NCBI GenBank assembly: GCA_017934955.1
Contig: JAGBIO010000011.1
Coordinates: forward strand, 39,515-103,514
Length of the DNA: 64,000 nt
Reading direction: 5' to 3'
Source of the DNA: Clostridia bacterium
Lineage (GTDB): Bacteria; Bacillota; Clostridia; TANB77; RGIG9151
Of the stretch, positions 32,644 through 42,360 are shown piece after piece (position 1 is the stretch's first letter; each line of letters opens with the position of its first letter). A program made the translations under genes and the position numbers. The notes below the pieces were generated by a model, which was given only the letters and a program-made list of their open reading frames with translations, did no database searches and was not told the origin of the DNA.

Positions 32644-34320
32644 ATGAACCAATATATTAAACTGAAAAAATCGAATTGTAGGAATTGCTATAAGTGTATT
32701 CGGCATTGTCCGGTGAAGTCGATTAAGTTTTCGGAGAATCAGGCGCATATCGTGGAAAGTGATTGCATCTTGTGTGGTATGTGTTTTGTGTCTTGTCCGC
32801 AGAATGCGAAGGAGATCCGTAACGATATCGGGAAGGTGAAGGAATTATTAGCTTCGGGTAAGCCGGTTTATGTGAGCTTGGCGCCTTCTTTTGCGGCGAA
32901 TTTTGAGGGTGTGAACTTTCGTATGGTGGAGGAACTTCTTCTTCGCATGGGTTTTGCGAAGGTGGAGGAAACGGCAATTGGAGCGACGATTGTGAAGCGG
33001 GAGTATGAGAATATGATGAGGGAAGGAATGCAGGATATTATTATTTCTTCTTGTTGTTCTTCGATTAATCTTTTGATTGAGAAGCATTTCCCGCAATTGC
33101 TTCATTATTTGGCTCCGGTGATGTCGCCAATGCAAGCGCATTGTAAGAAGATGAAGGAGGAACATGAAGAAATTTGCACGGTATTTATCGGGCCTTGTAT
33201 TGCGAAAAAGAGTGAAGCAGAGGATTATGAAGGCTTGGTTGATGCGGTTTTGACATTTGAGGAATTTAGCGAGTGGATAGAAGCGGAAGGACTTACTTTT
33301 CAGGAGATATCGGATGATTCTTACCGGGGACGCACCAGAATTTTTCCGACAGATGGTGGAATTCTTGCGAGTATGATAGAGAAGGAAGAGAGTTATGCAC
33401 ATCTTAGTTTCGATGGTGTGGATAATTGTATTTCGGTGTTACGGGAGATTGAGGAAGGAAATATTTCGAAGAGTTTTATTGAGATGTCTGCTTGTGTGGG
33501 AAGCTGTGTGGGTGGTCCGGCGATGAATCGGAAGAATCGAAAATTGCTTAAGGATACCATTGCGGTGAAGAAGATTTCGGGAGAGTCGGATTTTGAGGTG
33601 CTTCAACCGGCATCAGAAGAGATTAAGAAGGATTTCAGGACGAGAAGAATGTATCATGAAATGCCGACAGAGGTTGAGATCCGGGATATTTTGAAGAAGA
33701 TGGGAAAAACAAAGCCGGAGGATGAGCTAAATTGCGGTACCTGCGGTTATAATACGTGTCGCGATAAGGCAATTGCAGTTTATCAGGGAAAAGCAGATAT
33801 TCATATGTGTTTGCCGTATATGAAGGAGAAGGCGGAGTCTTTTTCGGATAATATTATTTATAATACGCCGAATGCAATTTTAGTGTTGAATGAAAATTTG
33901 GAGATTCAGCAAATTAATTCTTCTGCGAAGACAATGTTTCATGTAAAGAGAAGTTCGGATGTTGTGGGAACCCAAGTGGTTAGCGTGATGGATCCGAGAA
34001 TTTTTATGGATGTATTGAGTGAGGATCAAAACATTTATAATCGTCGGATGTTTTTGGATGATGCAAAGAAGTTTGTGGAGATTACGGTAGTGCATGATAA
34101 GACCTATCATTTGATTATCGGAATTATTCGGGATGTTACCGAGGAAGCGGAAGAAAAACGTAAGAAGGAAGAAGTGAGTCGCCAGTCGATTGAAATTACC
34201 GATAAGGTGATTCAGAAGCAAATGCGTATTGTGCAGGAAATTGCATCCTTATTAGGAGAGACAACTGCGGAGACAAAAGTGGCGTTAAATAAGTTAAAGG
34301 AGACTTTGAAGAATGAGTGA
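32644..34320 (+). CDS. Sensory-type [FeFe]-hydrogenase-like protein with C-terminal Cys motif and PAS domain (HydS/HfsB-like)
   Basis: Start moved to ATG 32644 after AGAGGAGG; the track start is an ATG inside a REP. The N-terminus has 2x[4Fe-4S] motifs. H-cluster motifs are SSCCS, GPCIAKKSE and MSACVGSCVGGP. A CGTCGYNTC..C motif follows, then a PAS-like region (NTPNAILVLNENLEIQQINSSAKTMF). Confidence 0.85.
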   Translation: MNQYIKLKKSNCRNCYKCIRHCPVKSIKFSENQAHIVESDCILCGMCFVSCPQNAKEIRNDIGKVKELLASGKPVYVSLAPSFAANFEGVNFRMVEELLLRMGFAKVEETAIGATIVKREYENMMREGMQDIIISSCCSSINLLIEKHFPQLLHYLAPVMSPMQAHCKKMKEEHEEICTVFIGPCIAKKSEAEDYEGLVDAVLTFEEFSEWIEAEGLTFQEISDDSYRGRTRIFPTDGGILASMIEKEESYAHLSFDGVDNCISVLREIEEGNISKSFIEMSACVGSCVGGPAMNRKNRKLLKDTIAVKKISGESDFEVLQPASEEIKKDFRTRRMYHEMPTEVEIRDILKKMGKTKPEDELNCGTCGYNTCRDKAIAVYQGKADIHMCLPYMKEKAESFSDNIIYNTPNAILVLNENLEIQQINSSAKTMFHVKRSSDVVGTQVVSVMDPRIFMDVLSEDQNIYNRRMFLDDAKKFVEITVVHDKTYHLIIGIIRDVTEEAEEKRKKEEVSRQSIEITDKVIQKQMRIVQEIASLLGETTAETKVALNKLKETLKNE

Positions 34321-35485
34321 TCTTTGTACCGAAATCGGCTATAAGAGTCTGAATAAGTTCGGAGAGCAGTTATGTGGCGATATGGTGGAGGTAATTAAGC
34401 AGGAACCGGATTCTTATGTGGTTGTATTGGCAGACGGTTTGGGAAGTGGCGTGAAGGCGAATATTTTATCTACACTTACTTCCAAAATTATTTCTACCAT
34501 GGTGGCGAACGGAATGCGTTTGGAGGAGTGTGTTCATACTTTGGCGGATACACTTCCGGTTTGTGATGTTCGTAAAATTGCGTATTCTACTTTTACGGTA
34601 ATTAAGATTACGGAGAATCAAGAGGCAGAGATTATTCAGTATGATAATCCGCGTGTGATTCTTCTTCGAGACGGTAAAAACTTTGTTTACCCGGAAAAAG
34701 AGGAGATTTTTGACGAAAAAAAGATATATAAGTCGAAAATAGCCTTGAAAAAAGACGATATTTTTGTTATGATAAGCGATGGCGCTGTGCACGCGGGCGT
34801 CGGAAAGAGCTTGAATTACGGTTGGGAGAGAAAGAACATTATAGAGTATTTGGAAGGAATTTATAAAAAGGAGTTATCGGCAAAGGGAATTACGAATATT
34901 TTGTTGGACGAGTGTAACGGTTTATATGCGGGGGAACCCGGTGATGATACGACAGTTTGTACGATTCGGATTCGTCAAAGAAAACCGGTGAATTTATTGA
35001 TTGGACCGCCGAAGAATCCGGAGGATGATAAGGCTTTGATGAATGAGTTTTTTGCAAAACCGGGAAAGCGAATTGTTTGTGGCGGTACGACTTCGAAGAT
35101 TGTTTCAAAGTATTTGGATAAGGAGCTTGTGACGGAGATTAACTATGTGAATCCGGAAATACCGCCAACCGGCAGTATTGAAGGCGTTGATTTAGTGACG
35201 GAGGGCGTTATTACCATTAGTAAGGTTTTGGAATATGCGAAGGACTTTTTGGCGGATAATGTATATTATTCGACGTGGACAAAGAGTTCGGATGGGGCGT
35301 CGAGGATTTCGAGATTGTTATTTGAAGAGGCGACGGATATTGATTTTTATATCGGTCGTGCGATGAATTCAGCTCATCAGAACCCGGATTTGCCGATTAA
35401 TTTTAATATTAAAATGCAGTTAATTGATGAATTGGCGACGTGTTTAACGGACATGGGGAAGACGATTCATTTGAAATATTATTAA
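34313..35485 (+). CDS. SpoIIE/PP2C-family serine phosphatase (HfsC-like)
   Basis: CGDMVEV..VVLADGLGSGVKANILSTLTSKII..ISDGAVHAG.. is a PP2C-type metal-binding Asp pattern. It overlaps the upstream gene by 8 nt. Confidence 0.8.
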   Translation: MSDLCTEIGYKSLNKFGEQLCGDMVEVIKQEPDSYVVVLADGLGSGVKANILSTLTSKIISTMVANGMRLEECVHTLADTLPVCDVRKIAYSTFTVIKITENQEAEIIQYDNPRVILLRDGKNFVYPEKEEIFDEKKIYKSKIALKKDDIFVMISDGAVHAGVGKSLNYGWERKNIIEYLEGIYKKELSAKGITNILLDECNGLYAGEPGDDTTVCTIRIRQRKPVNLLIGPPKNPEDDKALMNEFFAKPGKRIVCGGTTSKIVSKYLDKELVTEINYVNPEIPPTGSIEGVDLVTEGVITISKVLEYAKDFLADNVYYSTWTKSSDGASRISRLLFEEATDIDFYIGRAMNSAHQNPDLPINFNIKMQLIDELATCLTDMGKTIHLKYY

Positions 35486-35489
35486 AAGT

Positions 35490-35513
35490 GGACAGCATGA
35501 ATGCTGTCCGTAC
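35490..35513. repeat. Single REP between the phosphatase and hydrogenase genes
   Basis: GGACAGCATGAATGCTGTCC-GTAC. Confidence 0.9.
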
Positions 35514-35560
35514 AGAGAAAAAGCAGAAATGGAATTTGTAGTTGGAAGGATGGAAGAAAA

Positions 35561-37003
35561 ATGCGTAAGTTTGATACAAAAGTGCAACATTTAAAATATA
35601 AGGTTTTAAGAGAGGTGGCAAGATGTGCGTTTGAGGATCGTCTCTCGGATTGTTATACCGAAATTCCGCAAAAGATTGTAAAGGGACCGAAACCGACGAT
35701 GCGGTGTTGCATTTACAAGGAAAGAGCGATTGTGAATGAAAGAATTAAGATTGCTATGGGTGGGGATAAAACGAATCCAAATGTTATCGAGGTTATAAAA
35801 ATAGCTTGTGATGAGTGTCCGATTGGTGGTTATACTGTTTCGGACGATGCTTGTCGCGGTTGTTTAGCACATCGCTGTGAAGATGTTTGTAAACGTGGTG
35901 CGATTACGTTTGATGAGAATCAGAAAGCGCATATTGATAAGGAAAAGTGCGTCAATTGCGGTCAATGTGCACAGGTCTGCCCATATAGTGCAATTCGTAA
36001 TAATAAACGTCCTTGTGAAAATGCTTGTAAGGTGAAGGCAATCAGCAAGGGTGAAACGAATGAGGCGAAGATTGATAACGACAAGTGTATCTCTTGCGGA
36101 GCGTGTGTATATCAGTGCCCGTTTGGTGCGATTGTGGATAAATCGTATATTTTAGATGTAATTGATGCGATTAAGAAGAGTAAGGATAATAAGGATTACA
36201 AAGTTTACGCAGTAGTGGCACCATCTATTTCCAGTCAATTTAGTTATGCAAAATTGGGACAAGTGATTACCGGAATTAAAAAGCTTGGTTTCTTTAGCGT
36301 GATTGAAGCGGCTTTGGGGGCAGATATGGTTGCTTATGAAGAGAGTCGTGAACTTTTGGAAAAAGGATTTTTGACAAGTTCTTGCTGTCCGGCGTTTGTG
36401 AATTATATTGAGAAGAATTTCCCGACCTTGGTGGAACATATTTCGCATAATCCGTCTCCGATGGTTCGTATTGCGAAGTATATTAAGGAAATTGATCCGA
36501 CCGGAAAGATTGTGTTTATCGGACCTTGTACCGCAAAGAAGATGGAGTATAAGAAGGAAAAGACAAATGGTGTTGTAGATGCGGTTATTACGTTTGAGGA
36601 ATTACAGGCTTTATTTGACGGAAAGGATATTAATATTGAAGAATTGGAAGAGAGCGTATTGGACAATGCGTCTTATTACGGAAGAATTTTTGCAAGAAGC
36701 GGCGGCTTGGCGGATGCGGTGACACAAGCAATTAAAGAACAGGGCTTAGAGGGAGAATTTAATCCAATTGCTTGTGACGGAATTGAGCAGTGCAGAATGG
36801 CGTTGCTGAAAGCGTCAAAGGGCGTTTTGCCGAATAACTTTATTGAGGGTATGGCGTGTGTTGGCGGTTGTATCGGTGGCGCCGGTTGCTTAACGCATGG
36901 TGAAAAGAATAAGAATCAAGTGGATGAATACGGAAGGGAAGCGCATGAAAAGACAATTAAGGATTCCATCCAGGTGTTTGAGCATGAGTTTCCGAAAAAG
37001 TAA
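35561..37003 (+). CDS. [FeFe]-hydrogenase catalytic subunit (multi-ferredoxin N-terminus; HfsD/group-B-like)
   Basis: Start moved to ATG 35561; the track start is an ATG inside a REP. Several CxxCxxCxxxCP clusters are present. H-cluster motifs are TSSCCPAF, GPCTAKKME and MACVGGCIGGAGC. Confidence 0.88.
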   Translation: MRKFDTKVQHLKYKVLREVARCAFEDRLSDCYTEIPQKIVKGPKPTMRCCIYKERAIVNERIKIAMGGDKTNPNVIEVIKIACDECPIGGYTVSDDACRGCLAHRCEDVCKRGAITFDENQKAHIDKEKCVNCGQCAQVCPYSAIRNNKRPCENACKVKAISKGETNEAKIDNDKCISCGACVYQCPFGAIVDKSYILDVIDAIKKSKDNKDYKVYAVVAPSISSQFSYAKLGQVITGIKKLGFFSVIEAALGADMVAYEESRELLEKGFLTSSCCPAFVNYIEKNFPTLVEHISHNPSPMVRIAKYIKEIDPTGKIVFIGPCTAKKMEYKKEKTNGVVDAVITFEELQALFDGKDINIEELEESVLDNASYYGRIFARSGGLADAVTQAIKEQGLEGEFNPIACDGIEQCRMALLKASKGVLPNNFIEGMACVGGCIGGAGCLTHGEKNKNQVDEYGREAHEKTIKDSIQVFEHEFPKK

Positions 37004-37004
37004 G

Positions 37005-37038
37005 AAAAAGCTGTCACGATGGAGTGACAGCTTTTTTC
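37005..37038 (+). terminator. Rho-independent terminator after the hydrogenase cluster
   Basis: AAAAAGCTGTCAC-GATGGA-GTGACAGCTTTTTT. Confidence 0.85.
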
Positions 37039-37070
37039 AGTTACTGATGAGATATGAAATTATAAAAATG

Positions 37071-37193
37071 GCACAAATAGTGTAGGGACAGCATTTATGC
37101 TGTCCACAGAAAAGACAGAAAGGCAGGACAGCATGAATGCTGTCCGTACAATGGGTGTAACAGTATTATAGGAGATACAGCCTGAATTGTAAC
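37071..37193. repeat. Complete composite REP element
   Basis: The GGCACAAA flank is followed by the REP 37082-37105 (GTAG type), the linker ACAGAAAAGACAGAAAGGC, the REP 37126-37149 (..GTAC type) and CAGCCTGAATTGTAAC at 37178-37193. Confidence 0.9.
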
Positions 37194-37277
37194 GCTTTTT
37201 CTTATTTTTTACTTTATTTTATTGTAGTTTATTTATAAAAAAGGTATACTTTTCATATAAGTTAAGGAGGGAAAACC

Positions 37278-38138
37278 ATGAAGAGACTTGTATGCTTGTT
37301 GATGAGCGTATTTCTTATGATATGTCCTACACTGGCTATTTCTAACCTACCGAGTCCGACGTCGGAATTCTTTGTGAATGATTTTGCGAATGTGATTGAG
37401 GCGGAGGACGAAAAGGCGATTTTTGATATGGCGAAGTCGCTGTATCAAAGCAGCGGAAATTCGACGCAAGTGGTGGTTGTGACGATTTCTTCGTTAGAAG
37501 GTAATTCGATAGAGGAGTATGCGAATGAGTTATTTAATCGGTGGGAAATCGGAAGCAAGGAGAAGGATGATGGGGTTTTGTTATTGCTTGCAGTGGAGGA
37601 TCGAGAGAGTCGGATTGAAGTTGGGTACGGCTTAGAAGGAGTATTAACGGATGGAAAAACGGGGCGGATTCAGGATGACTATATGATTCCGTATTATAAG
37701 AATAATGACTTTTCGGAAGGTTTAAAGAGTGGTACGAAGGCGATTATTGATGTTTTGAATGGAAATTTAGAAATTAGTGAGGCAAAAATTGATGATTTTT
37801 CGAGGTTAACACAATCTACACTACTTTTTATGCTATTTCCGATGATTATGGTATTCGGAATATTTGGTTTTATTTTATTCCTATTTTGTAATGTGGATAA
37901 GGTAAAAGTGTGTAAAAAATGTAATGGAAGGAAATTTAATTATCGAAAACAACGGATAGGAGATCATTTATATACTTATTCAACTTGCTTAAATTGTGGA
38001 GAAAAATATACGAAAAGTAGTATTATTATAAGTAGTTCATCCGGCGGTGGATTTTCATCCGGCGGTGGATTTTCATCCGGCGGTTTTTCCGGAGGTGGAG
38101 GTCATTCCGGTGGTGGAGGAAGTAGTAGAAGCTTTTAA
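37278..38138 (+). CDS. TPM-domain (YgcG-like) membrane protein with an inserted CxxC...CxxC zinc ribbon and a Gly/Ser-rich tail
   Basis: Signal peptide is present. TPM motifs are FVNDFANVI...QVVVVTISSLEG.SIEEYANELFNRWEIG...GVLLLLAVEDRESRIEVGYGLEG.LTD. A TM segment follows, then KVCKKCNGRKF...CLNCGEKY and GGGFSSGGGFSSGGFSGGGGHSGGGG. Confidence 0.8.
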   Translation: MKRLVCLLMSVFLMICPTLAISNLPSPTSEFFVNDFANVIEAEDEKAIFDMAKSLYQSSGNSTQVVVVTISSLEGNSIEEYANELFNRWEIGSKEKDDGVLLLLAVEDRESRIEVGYGLEGVLTDGKTGRIQDDYMIPYYKNNDFSEGLKSGTKAIIDVLNGNLEISEAKIDDFSRLTQSTLLFMLFPMIMVFGIFGFILFLFCNVDKVKVCKKCNGRKFNYRKQRIGDHLYTYSTCLNCGEKYTKSSIIISSSSGGGFSSGGGFSSGGFSGGGGHSGGGGSSRSF

Positions 38139-38157
38139 TATATAGGAGGAATGAAGA

Positions 38158-38721
38158 ATGAAAAAAGGGTTAATTGCAGTTGGAGTAATTGTGGTATTGA
38201 TGCTTGCTTTTGGCTTGTGGTACGGTGGAACGTATAATTCGGTTGTTGCGTTGGATACTGAGGTATCTGCAAAGTCGGCACAGATTGATAATTTACTTTT
38301 GAGAAGAAGTGATTTGGTGCCGGATTTGGTGAAAGTGGCGAATAAATATGCGGCGTATGAGCAGGAGACAATTACAGCCATTTCGAACGCAAGAGCGGCA
38401 ATGTTGGGTGCAGGGACGACGGCGGAAAAGATGGAAGCGAATAACGAGTTGAGTTCAGCGATTTCTCGTTTACTTGCAATTTCGGAAAATTATCCGGATT
38501 TGAAGGCAAATCAGCAGTACATTACGTTGATGGATGAGATGGCGGGAACAGAAAATCGCATTGCGGTGGCGAGAAAAGATTATAACGAATCAGTTCAACA
38601 GTATAATGTGAAAATAAAAACATTTCCGACCGTTTTGATTGCGAATATGATGGGAGCAAGTGAAAAGGCGTTTTTTGAAGTAGATGAAACGTCTAAAGTA
38701 AAGCCGGAATATGATTTATAG
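38158..38721 (+). CDS. lemA: LemA-family protein
   Basis: 187 aa with an N-terminal TM segment and the pattern YN..V.L...V....AQIDN.L.RR.DL.P.LV..V...A..E...I..I..AR. It pairs with a TPM gene, as is typical. Confidence 0.85.
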   Translation: MKKGLIAVGVIVVLMLAFGLWYGGTYNSVVALDTEVSAKSAQIDNLLLRRSDLVPDLVKVANKYAAYEQETITAISNARAAMLGAGTTAEKMEANNELSSAISRLLAISENYPDLKANQQYITLMDEMAGTENRIAVARKDYNESVQQYNVKIKTFPTVLIANMMGASEKAFFEVDETSKVKPEYDL

Positions 38722-38775
38722 TTTGAAAAGACCATGAAAGTTTTGATTACAGCTCAAAATTAAATTTATAAAGAA

Positions 38776-38902
38776 GGCACAAACATTGTAGGGACAGCAT
38801 TCGTGCTGTCCACAGAAAAGGCAGACATTAGAATTAGGACACAATGAATTGTGTCCCTACAGCGTTTGTGTCCTTTTTATAATTTTAAGTCTGACCTGTA
38901 AC
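38776..38902. repeat. Complete composite REP element
   Basis: The GGCACAAAC flank is followed by the REP 38788-38811 (CAGCAT class, one arm mismatch), the linker ACAGAAAAGGCAGA, the REP 38837-38860 (CACAAT class, ..CTAC) and AGTCTGACCTGTAAC at 38888-38902. Confidence 0.9.
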
Positions 38903-38959
38903 GAAAGTTTTGACTTTTGTGGTCTTTTTTTCTTGACAAAGTGATAAGCGTGGTATAAA

Positions 38960-38990
38960 CTAACTGTATCAATCATATTAATACAGTTAG
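38960..38990. promoter_or_regulatory. Perfect 10-bp inverted repeat CTAACTGTAT-N11-ATACAGTTAG; candidate GntR operator
   Basis: It lies 15 nt upstream of the GntR-family gene start and just downstream of a TTGACA (38933-38938). It contains the GT..AC half-site logic of GntR operators. Confidence 0.5.
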
Positions 38991-39004
38991 AGAGGGGGAG
39001 AGAA

Positions 39005-39385
39005 ATGTTACAGTTGGATTATCGTAGCGGAGAGTCGTTATATGTGCAGATTAAGGAGAATTTTAAGCGGTTGATTTTGTCGAAGAGTTTGAAGGAAGAT
39101 GAGTTGTTGCCTTCGGTGCGGGCGTTAGCGTCGAGTTTGGCGATTAATGTGAATACGGTACAAAGGGCGTATCGAGAACTGGAACAGGAAGGTTATATTT
39201 ATTCCATTCCGGGAAAAGGAAACTTTGTGGCGGGGAAGATTGAGGATGCGAAGCAGAAGAGTGTTTCGGAGATTCGAGAGGAACTTTCTAAAATCGTAGA
39301 GAAGGCAAGAGCTTTCGGCGTAGAACAGGAAGAGTTTCAAGAGATGATTAAGGAATTTTATAATAAGGGAGGGAAACAGTCGTGA
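39005..39385 (+). CDS. GntR-family transcriptional regulator (short YhcF/YtrA-like)
   Basis: 126 aa. LPSVRALASSLAINVNTVQRAYRELEQEGYIYSIPGKGNFV is the GntR winged HTH. Confidence 0.88.
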   Translation: MLQLDYRSGESLYVQIKENFKRLILSKSLKEDELLPSVRALASSLAINVNTVQRAYRELEQEGYIYSIPGKGNFVAGKIEDAKQKSVSEIREELSKIVEKARAFGVEQEEFQEMIKEFYNKGGKQS

Positions 39386-40284
39386 TTGAAGTGAAAAATG
39401 TGACAAAGAAATTTGATTCTTTTTTGGCGTTGGATGATTTGAGTTTACAGGTGGAAAAAGGTTCGGTGTACGGCTTAGTTGGTCCAAACGGGGCAGGCAA
39501 GACGACCTTAATGAAGGCAATTTCAGGGATTTATCGTTTGGATAAGGGTGAAGTTTTGGTGGACGGTGAAAACTCTTATGAGAATGTGAAAATAAAGGAT
39601 GGAATGCTTTATATTTCGGATGATTTGTATTTCTTTAACAATTTTTCGATTAAGCAGATGAAGGATTTATATAAGAGAGTGTATAGCAATTGGAGTGAGG
39701 AACGGTACCAGAAACTGAAGGAAGTTTTTAAGATTGATGAGAAGAGAAATGTGAATCGTTTATCGAAGGGAATGCAGAAGCAGGTGGCATTTTGGCTTGC
39801 GGTTTCTACTTGTCCGAATGTTTTGATTTTGGATGAACCGCTTGATGGTTTGGATCCGATGATGAGAAAGAATGTTTTGAATATTATTATGCAGGATGTT
39901 GCGGAGCGTGAGACGACGGTGATGATTTCTTCGCATAATTTGCGGGAATTGGAGGATGTCTGTGATCACGTTGGAATTATGAATAAAGGAAAATTAGTGA
40001 TTCAGAGAAAGTTGGATGACTTGAAGTCGGAAACGCATAAGATGCAGGTTGCTTTTTCGGATGGCGTGTTGCCGGAGGAGTTAAAAAAGAAGTTTAATGT
40101 GCTGAAAGTGAGCCAATTGGGAACGGTTTATTCGGTGATTTTGCGAGGCGATAAGGAAGAAATTGTGAAGGAGTTTAAGAAATATCAGCCGTTGATTTTG
40201 GATATTATTCCGTTGACGTTGGAGGAAATCTTTATTTATGAAGTGGGAGGAGAAGAAAATGAAATCAAAGAGATCATTCTTTAG
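39382..40284 (+). CDS. ABC transporter ATP-binding protein
   Basis: GTG start overlaps the upstream stop (GTGA). Motifs are Walker A GPNGAGKTT, the signature LSKGMQKQ and Walker B ILILDEP. Confidence 0.92.
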   Translation: MIEVKNVTKKFDSFLALDDLSLQVEKGSVYGLVGPNGAGKTTLMKAISGIYRLDKGEVLVDGENSYENVKIKDGMLYISDDLYFFNNFSIKQMKDLYKRVYSNWSEERYQKLKEVFKIDEKRNVNRLSKGMQKQVAFWLAVSTCPNVLILDEPLDGLDPMMRKNVLNIIMQDVAERETTVMISSHNLRELEDVCDHVGIMNKGKLVIQRKLDDLKSETHKMQVAFSDGVLPEELKKKFNVLKVSQLGTVYSVILRGDKEEIVKEFKKYQPLILDIIPLTLEEIFIYEVGGEENEIKEIIL

Positions 40285-42238
40285 TTTGGCGATTATTCTT
40301 AACGATATAAAGCGTTTTTGGTGGATTAGTGCGATTTATGCCTTGCTTTTGTTTTTGGCTTCCCCATTGACGATATTGAATCGAGATGTGGAACGGTATA
40401 TTTTGCGTGAAAATACGATTAACTTAGAGATGATTATGGGTGGCGCATGGTTTTTCCTTGCCTTGATGCCGGTTATGATAGGTGTGATGGTGTTTCGATA
40501 CATACAAAATTCGAAGTCGGTGACGGTGATTCATTCGATGCCGTATACAAGATTACAACTTTATGTGAATCACTTTTTGACGGGACTTATTTTGCTGTTG
40601 GTTCCGATTTTGCTGAATGCAGCAATTTTAGCGGGAATCGGTGGCTTTACGGATTATGGTTTGGTGTTTGAACCGAATATTGTGACGGAGTGGTTGCAGA
40701 TTCATTTTTGGATTTCGATTGCATTGTATGCGGTGACGGTGGCAATTGGAATGTTTACGGGGAGCAGTATTGCTCAGATAATTTTTACTTATATTTATAA
40801 CTTTTTGGCTGTTGGTTTTTTGTGGGGGATGGAGCAAGTTTTGAATGGAAATATCTATGGATTTTCCGGATTTTCCGAAGACTTGGTAATTCCTGTAGCG
40901 AAATTTTTTCCGCTTACACAGATTTTTCTGATTCTTTCGGAGGAGATTTCGATGACAAATCTGGCTGTGATAAATGCGATTATGTTTTTGGTGATTGGGG
41001 CAATCGGATATTTTGTGTATCGTTATCGTAATTTGGAGGATGCCGGGGATGTTATCAGTAATGATATTTTGAAACCGATTTTTAAGTATGGCGTAACAAT
41101 CTGTGTAATGATTACAGGAATTGTTTATGTGAAAGGGTTATTTGATATAGAAAATCCGAATTTCTTGATTTATTTGTTGTTTGCGTTAATTGGCTATGTG
41201 ATTGCGGAGATGTTGCTGAGAAAGTCGTTTAGAGTTTGGGATTCGTATAAGGGTTTTATCGGCTTTATTGGAGCTTTTGCGATTGTTGTGTTATTGGTTT
41301 CTTTTGATGTGTTTGGTTATGAAAAATATGTTCCGAAGGTTTCGGAGATTCAGACGGCGTTTATTAGCGACGGGAATAACGACATAAAGAGCTTTATTGA
41401 GAGTGGTTATCGTAAAAGTTGGAGGATTGGTGTATTGACGGAGGAGGAAAATATTGCGTTAGTGACAGATACTCATCAGAAGATTGTTGCGGACCGTTTA
41501 TTAGAAGATTCGAAGAATGATGGCTATCTTGTGATCGGCTATTTGTTGAAAAATGGAAAAATTGTGAAAAGAATTTATAACGATCATATAGAGCGTTACG
41601 AAGAAAAAATCACGAAAATTGAGAATACAAGAGAGTTTCGTAAGAGTACCAATGAGATTTTTGATATTACAGAGGGGCAATTAAAAGGAGTGGAAGTAAG
41701 AAATCAGATTACGGATAAAGCGATTACATTAAGTGATCCTGTTGTGATGAAGGAAATCTTAGCGGCGGCGAAAGAGGTTGTTTATTCGAGCGAAGATACC
41801 GATTTTCGAAATTATGGAGATCGTTATTGCGTGGAGTTTATTTTTGAAGGAAAAGGAGAAGGAGAAACCGCTGATACAAAAAGAGTAGGTAAATACCAAT
41901 CGATTTATTTTGGCTTTGATGATGGAGATGTCGTGTTAAAAGATCTTCTTATTAAGGAAGGCTGTGAGGCGATATTTACCGATTATTCGAATGTTCAGAG
42001 CATTCGAATAATGAAGTTGGATGAGGAAAATGATAATGAAAAAACGATTTCGGATCATGCAATGATACAGTTGTTTATTGCGCGTATGGATGAATTAAAT
42101 GATTTTTGCAAAGACGGAGATGTTTATCGTGTAGAGTTTGTTTGTCGGGAGGAAGTAACGGAAGATGGAGAAACTGCAACATTTGTGAATATTCGTTTGT
42201 ATGCGGATGATAGATTTGATGGTTTTTATCAAGATTAA
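40259..42238 (+). CDS. ABC-2-type permease with a large C-terminal soluble domain
   Basis: Start moved to ATG 40259 after GGGAGGAG. Roughly 8-10 predicted TM segments fill the first 350 aa, followed by a ~300-aa hydrophilic domain with no recognised motif. Confidence 0.7.
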   Translation: MKSKRSFFSLAIILNDIKRFWWISAIYALLLFLASPLTILNRDVERYILRENTINLEMIMGGAWFFLALMPVMIGVMVFRYIQNSKSVTVIHSMPYTRLQLYVNHFLTGLILLLVPILLNAAILAGIGGFTDYGLVFEPNIVTEWLQIHFWISIALYAVTVAIGMFTGSSIAQIIFTYIYNFLAVGFLWGMEQVLNGNIYGFSGFSEDLVIPVAKFFPLTQIFLILSEEISMTNLAVINAIMFLVIGAIGYFVYRYRNLEDAGDVISNDILKPIFKYGVTICVMITGIVYVKGLFDIENPNFLIYLLFALIGYVIAEMLLRKSFRVWDSYKGFIGFIGAFAIVVLLVSFDVFGYEKYVPKVSEIQTAFISDGNNDIKSFIESGYRKSWRIGVLTEEENIALVTDTHQKIVADRLLEDSKNDGYLVIGYLLKNGKIVKRIYNDHIERYEEKITKIENTREFRKSTNEIFDITEGQLKGVEVRNQITDKAITLSDPVVMKEILAAAKEVVYSSEDTDFRNYGDRYCVEFIFEGKGEGETADTKRVGKYQSIYFGFDDGDVVLKDLLIKEGCEAIFTDYSNVQSIRIMKLDEENDNEKTISDHAMIQLFIARMDELNDFCKDGDVYRVEFVCREEVTEDGETATFVNIRLYADDRFDGFYQD

Positions 42239-42250
42239 AGAAAAAAGGCA

Positions 42251-42331
42251 GGACAGCATAAATGCTGTCCGTACAGATCGCATTTTACCGATATTTTTCG
42301 TAAGATACAAAATTATAGTCTGAACTGTAAC
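42251..42331. repeat. Half composite element: one REP plus the AGTCTGAACTGTAAC motif
   Basis: REP 42251-42274 is GGACAGCATAAATGCTGTCC-GTAC. The motif lies at 42317-42331. Confidence 0.85.
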
Positions 42332-42360
42332 TTATAGTTTCTTTTTGTTAAACAGAAATA

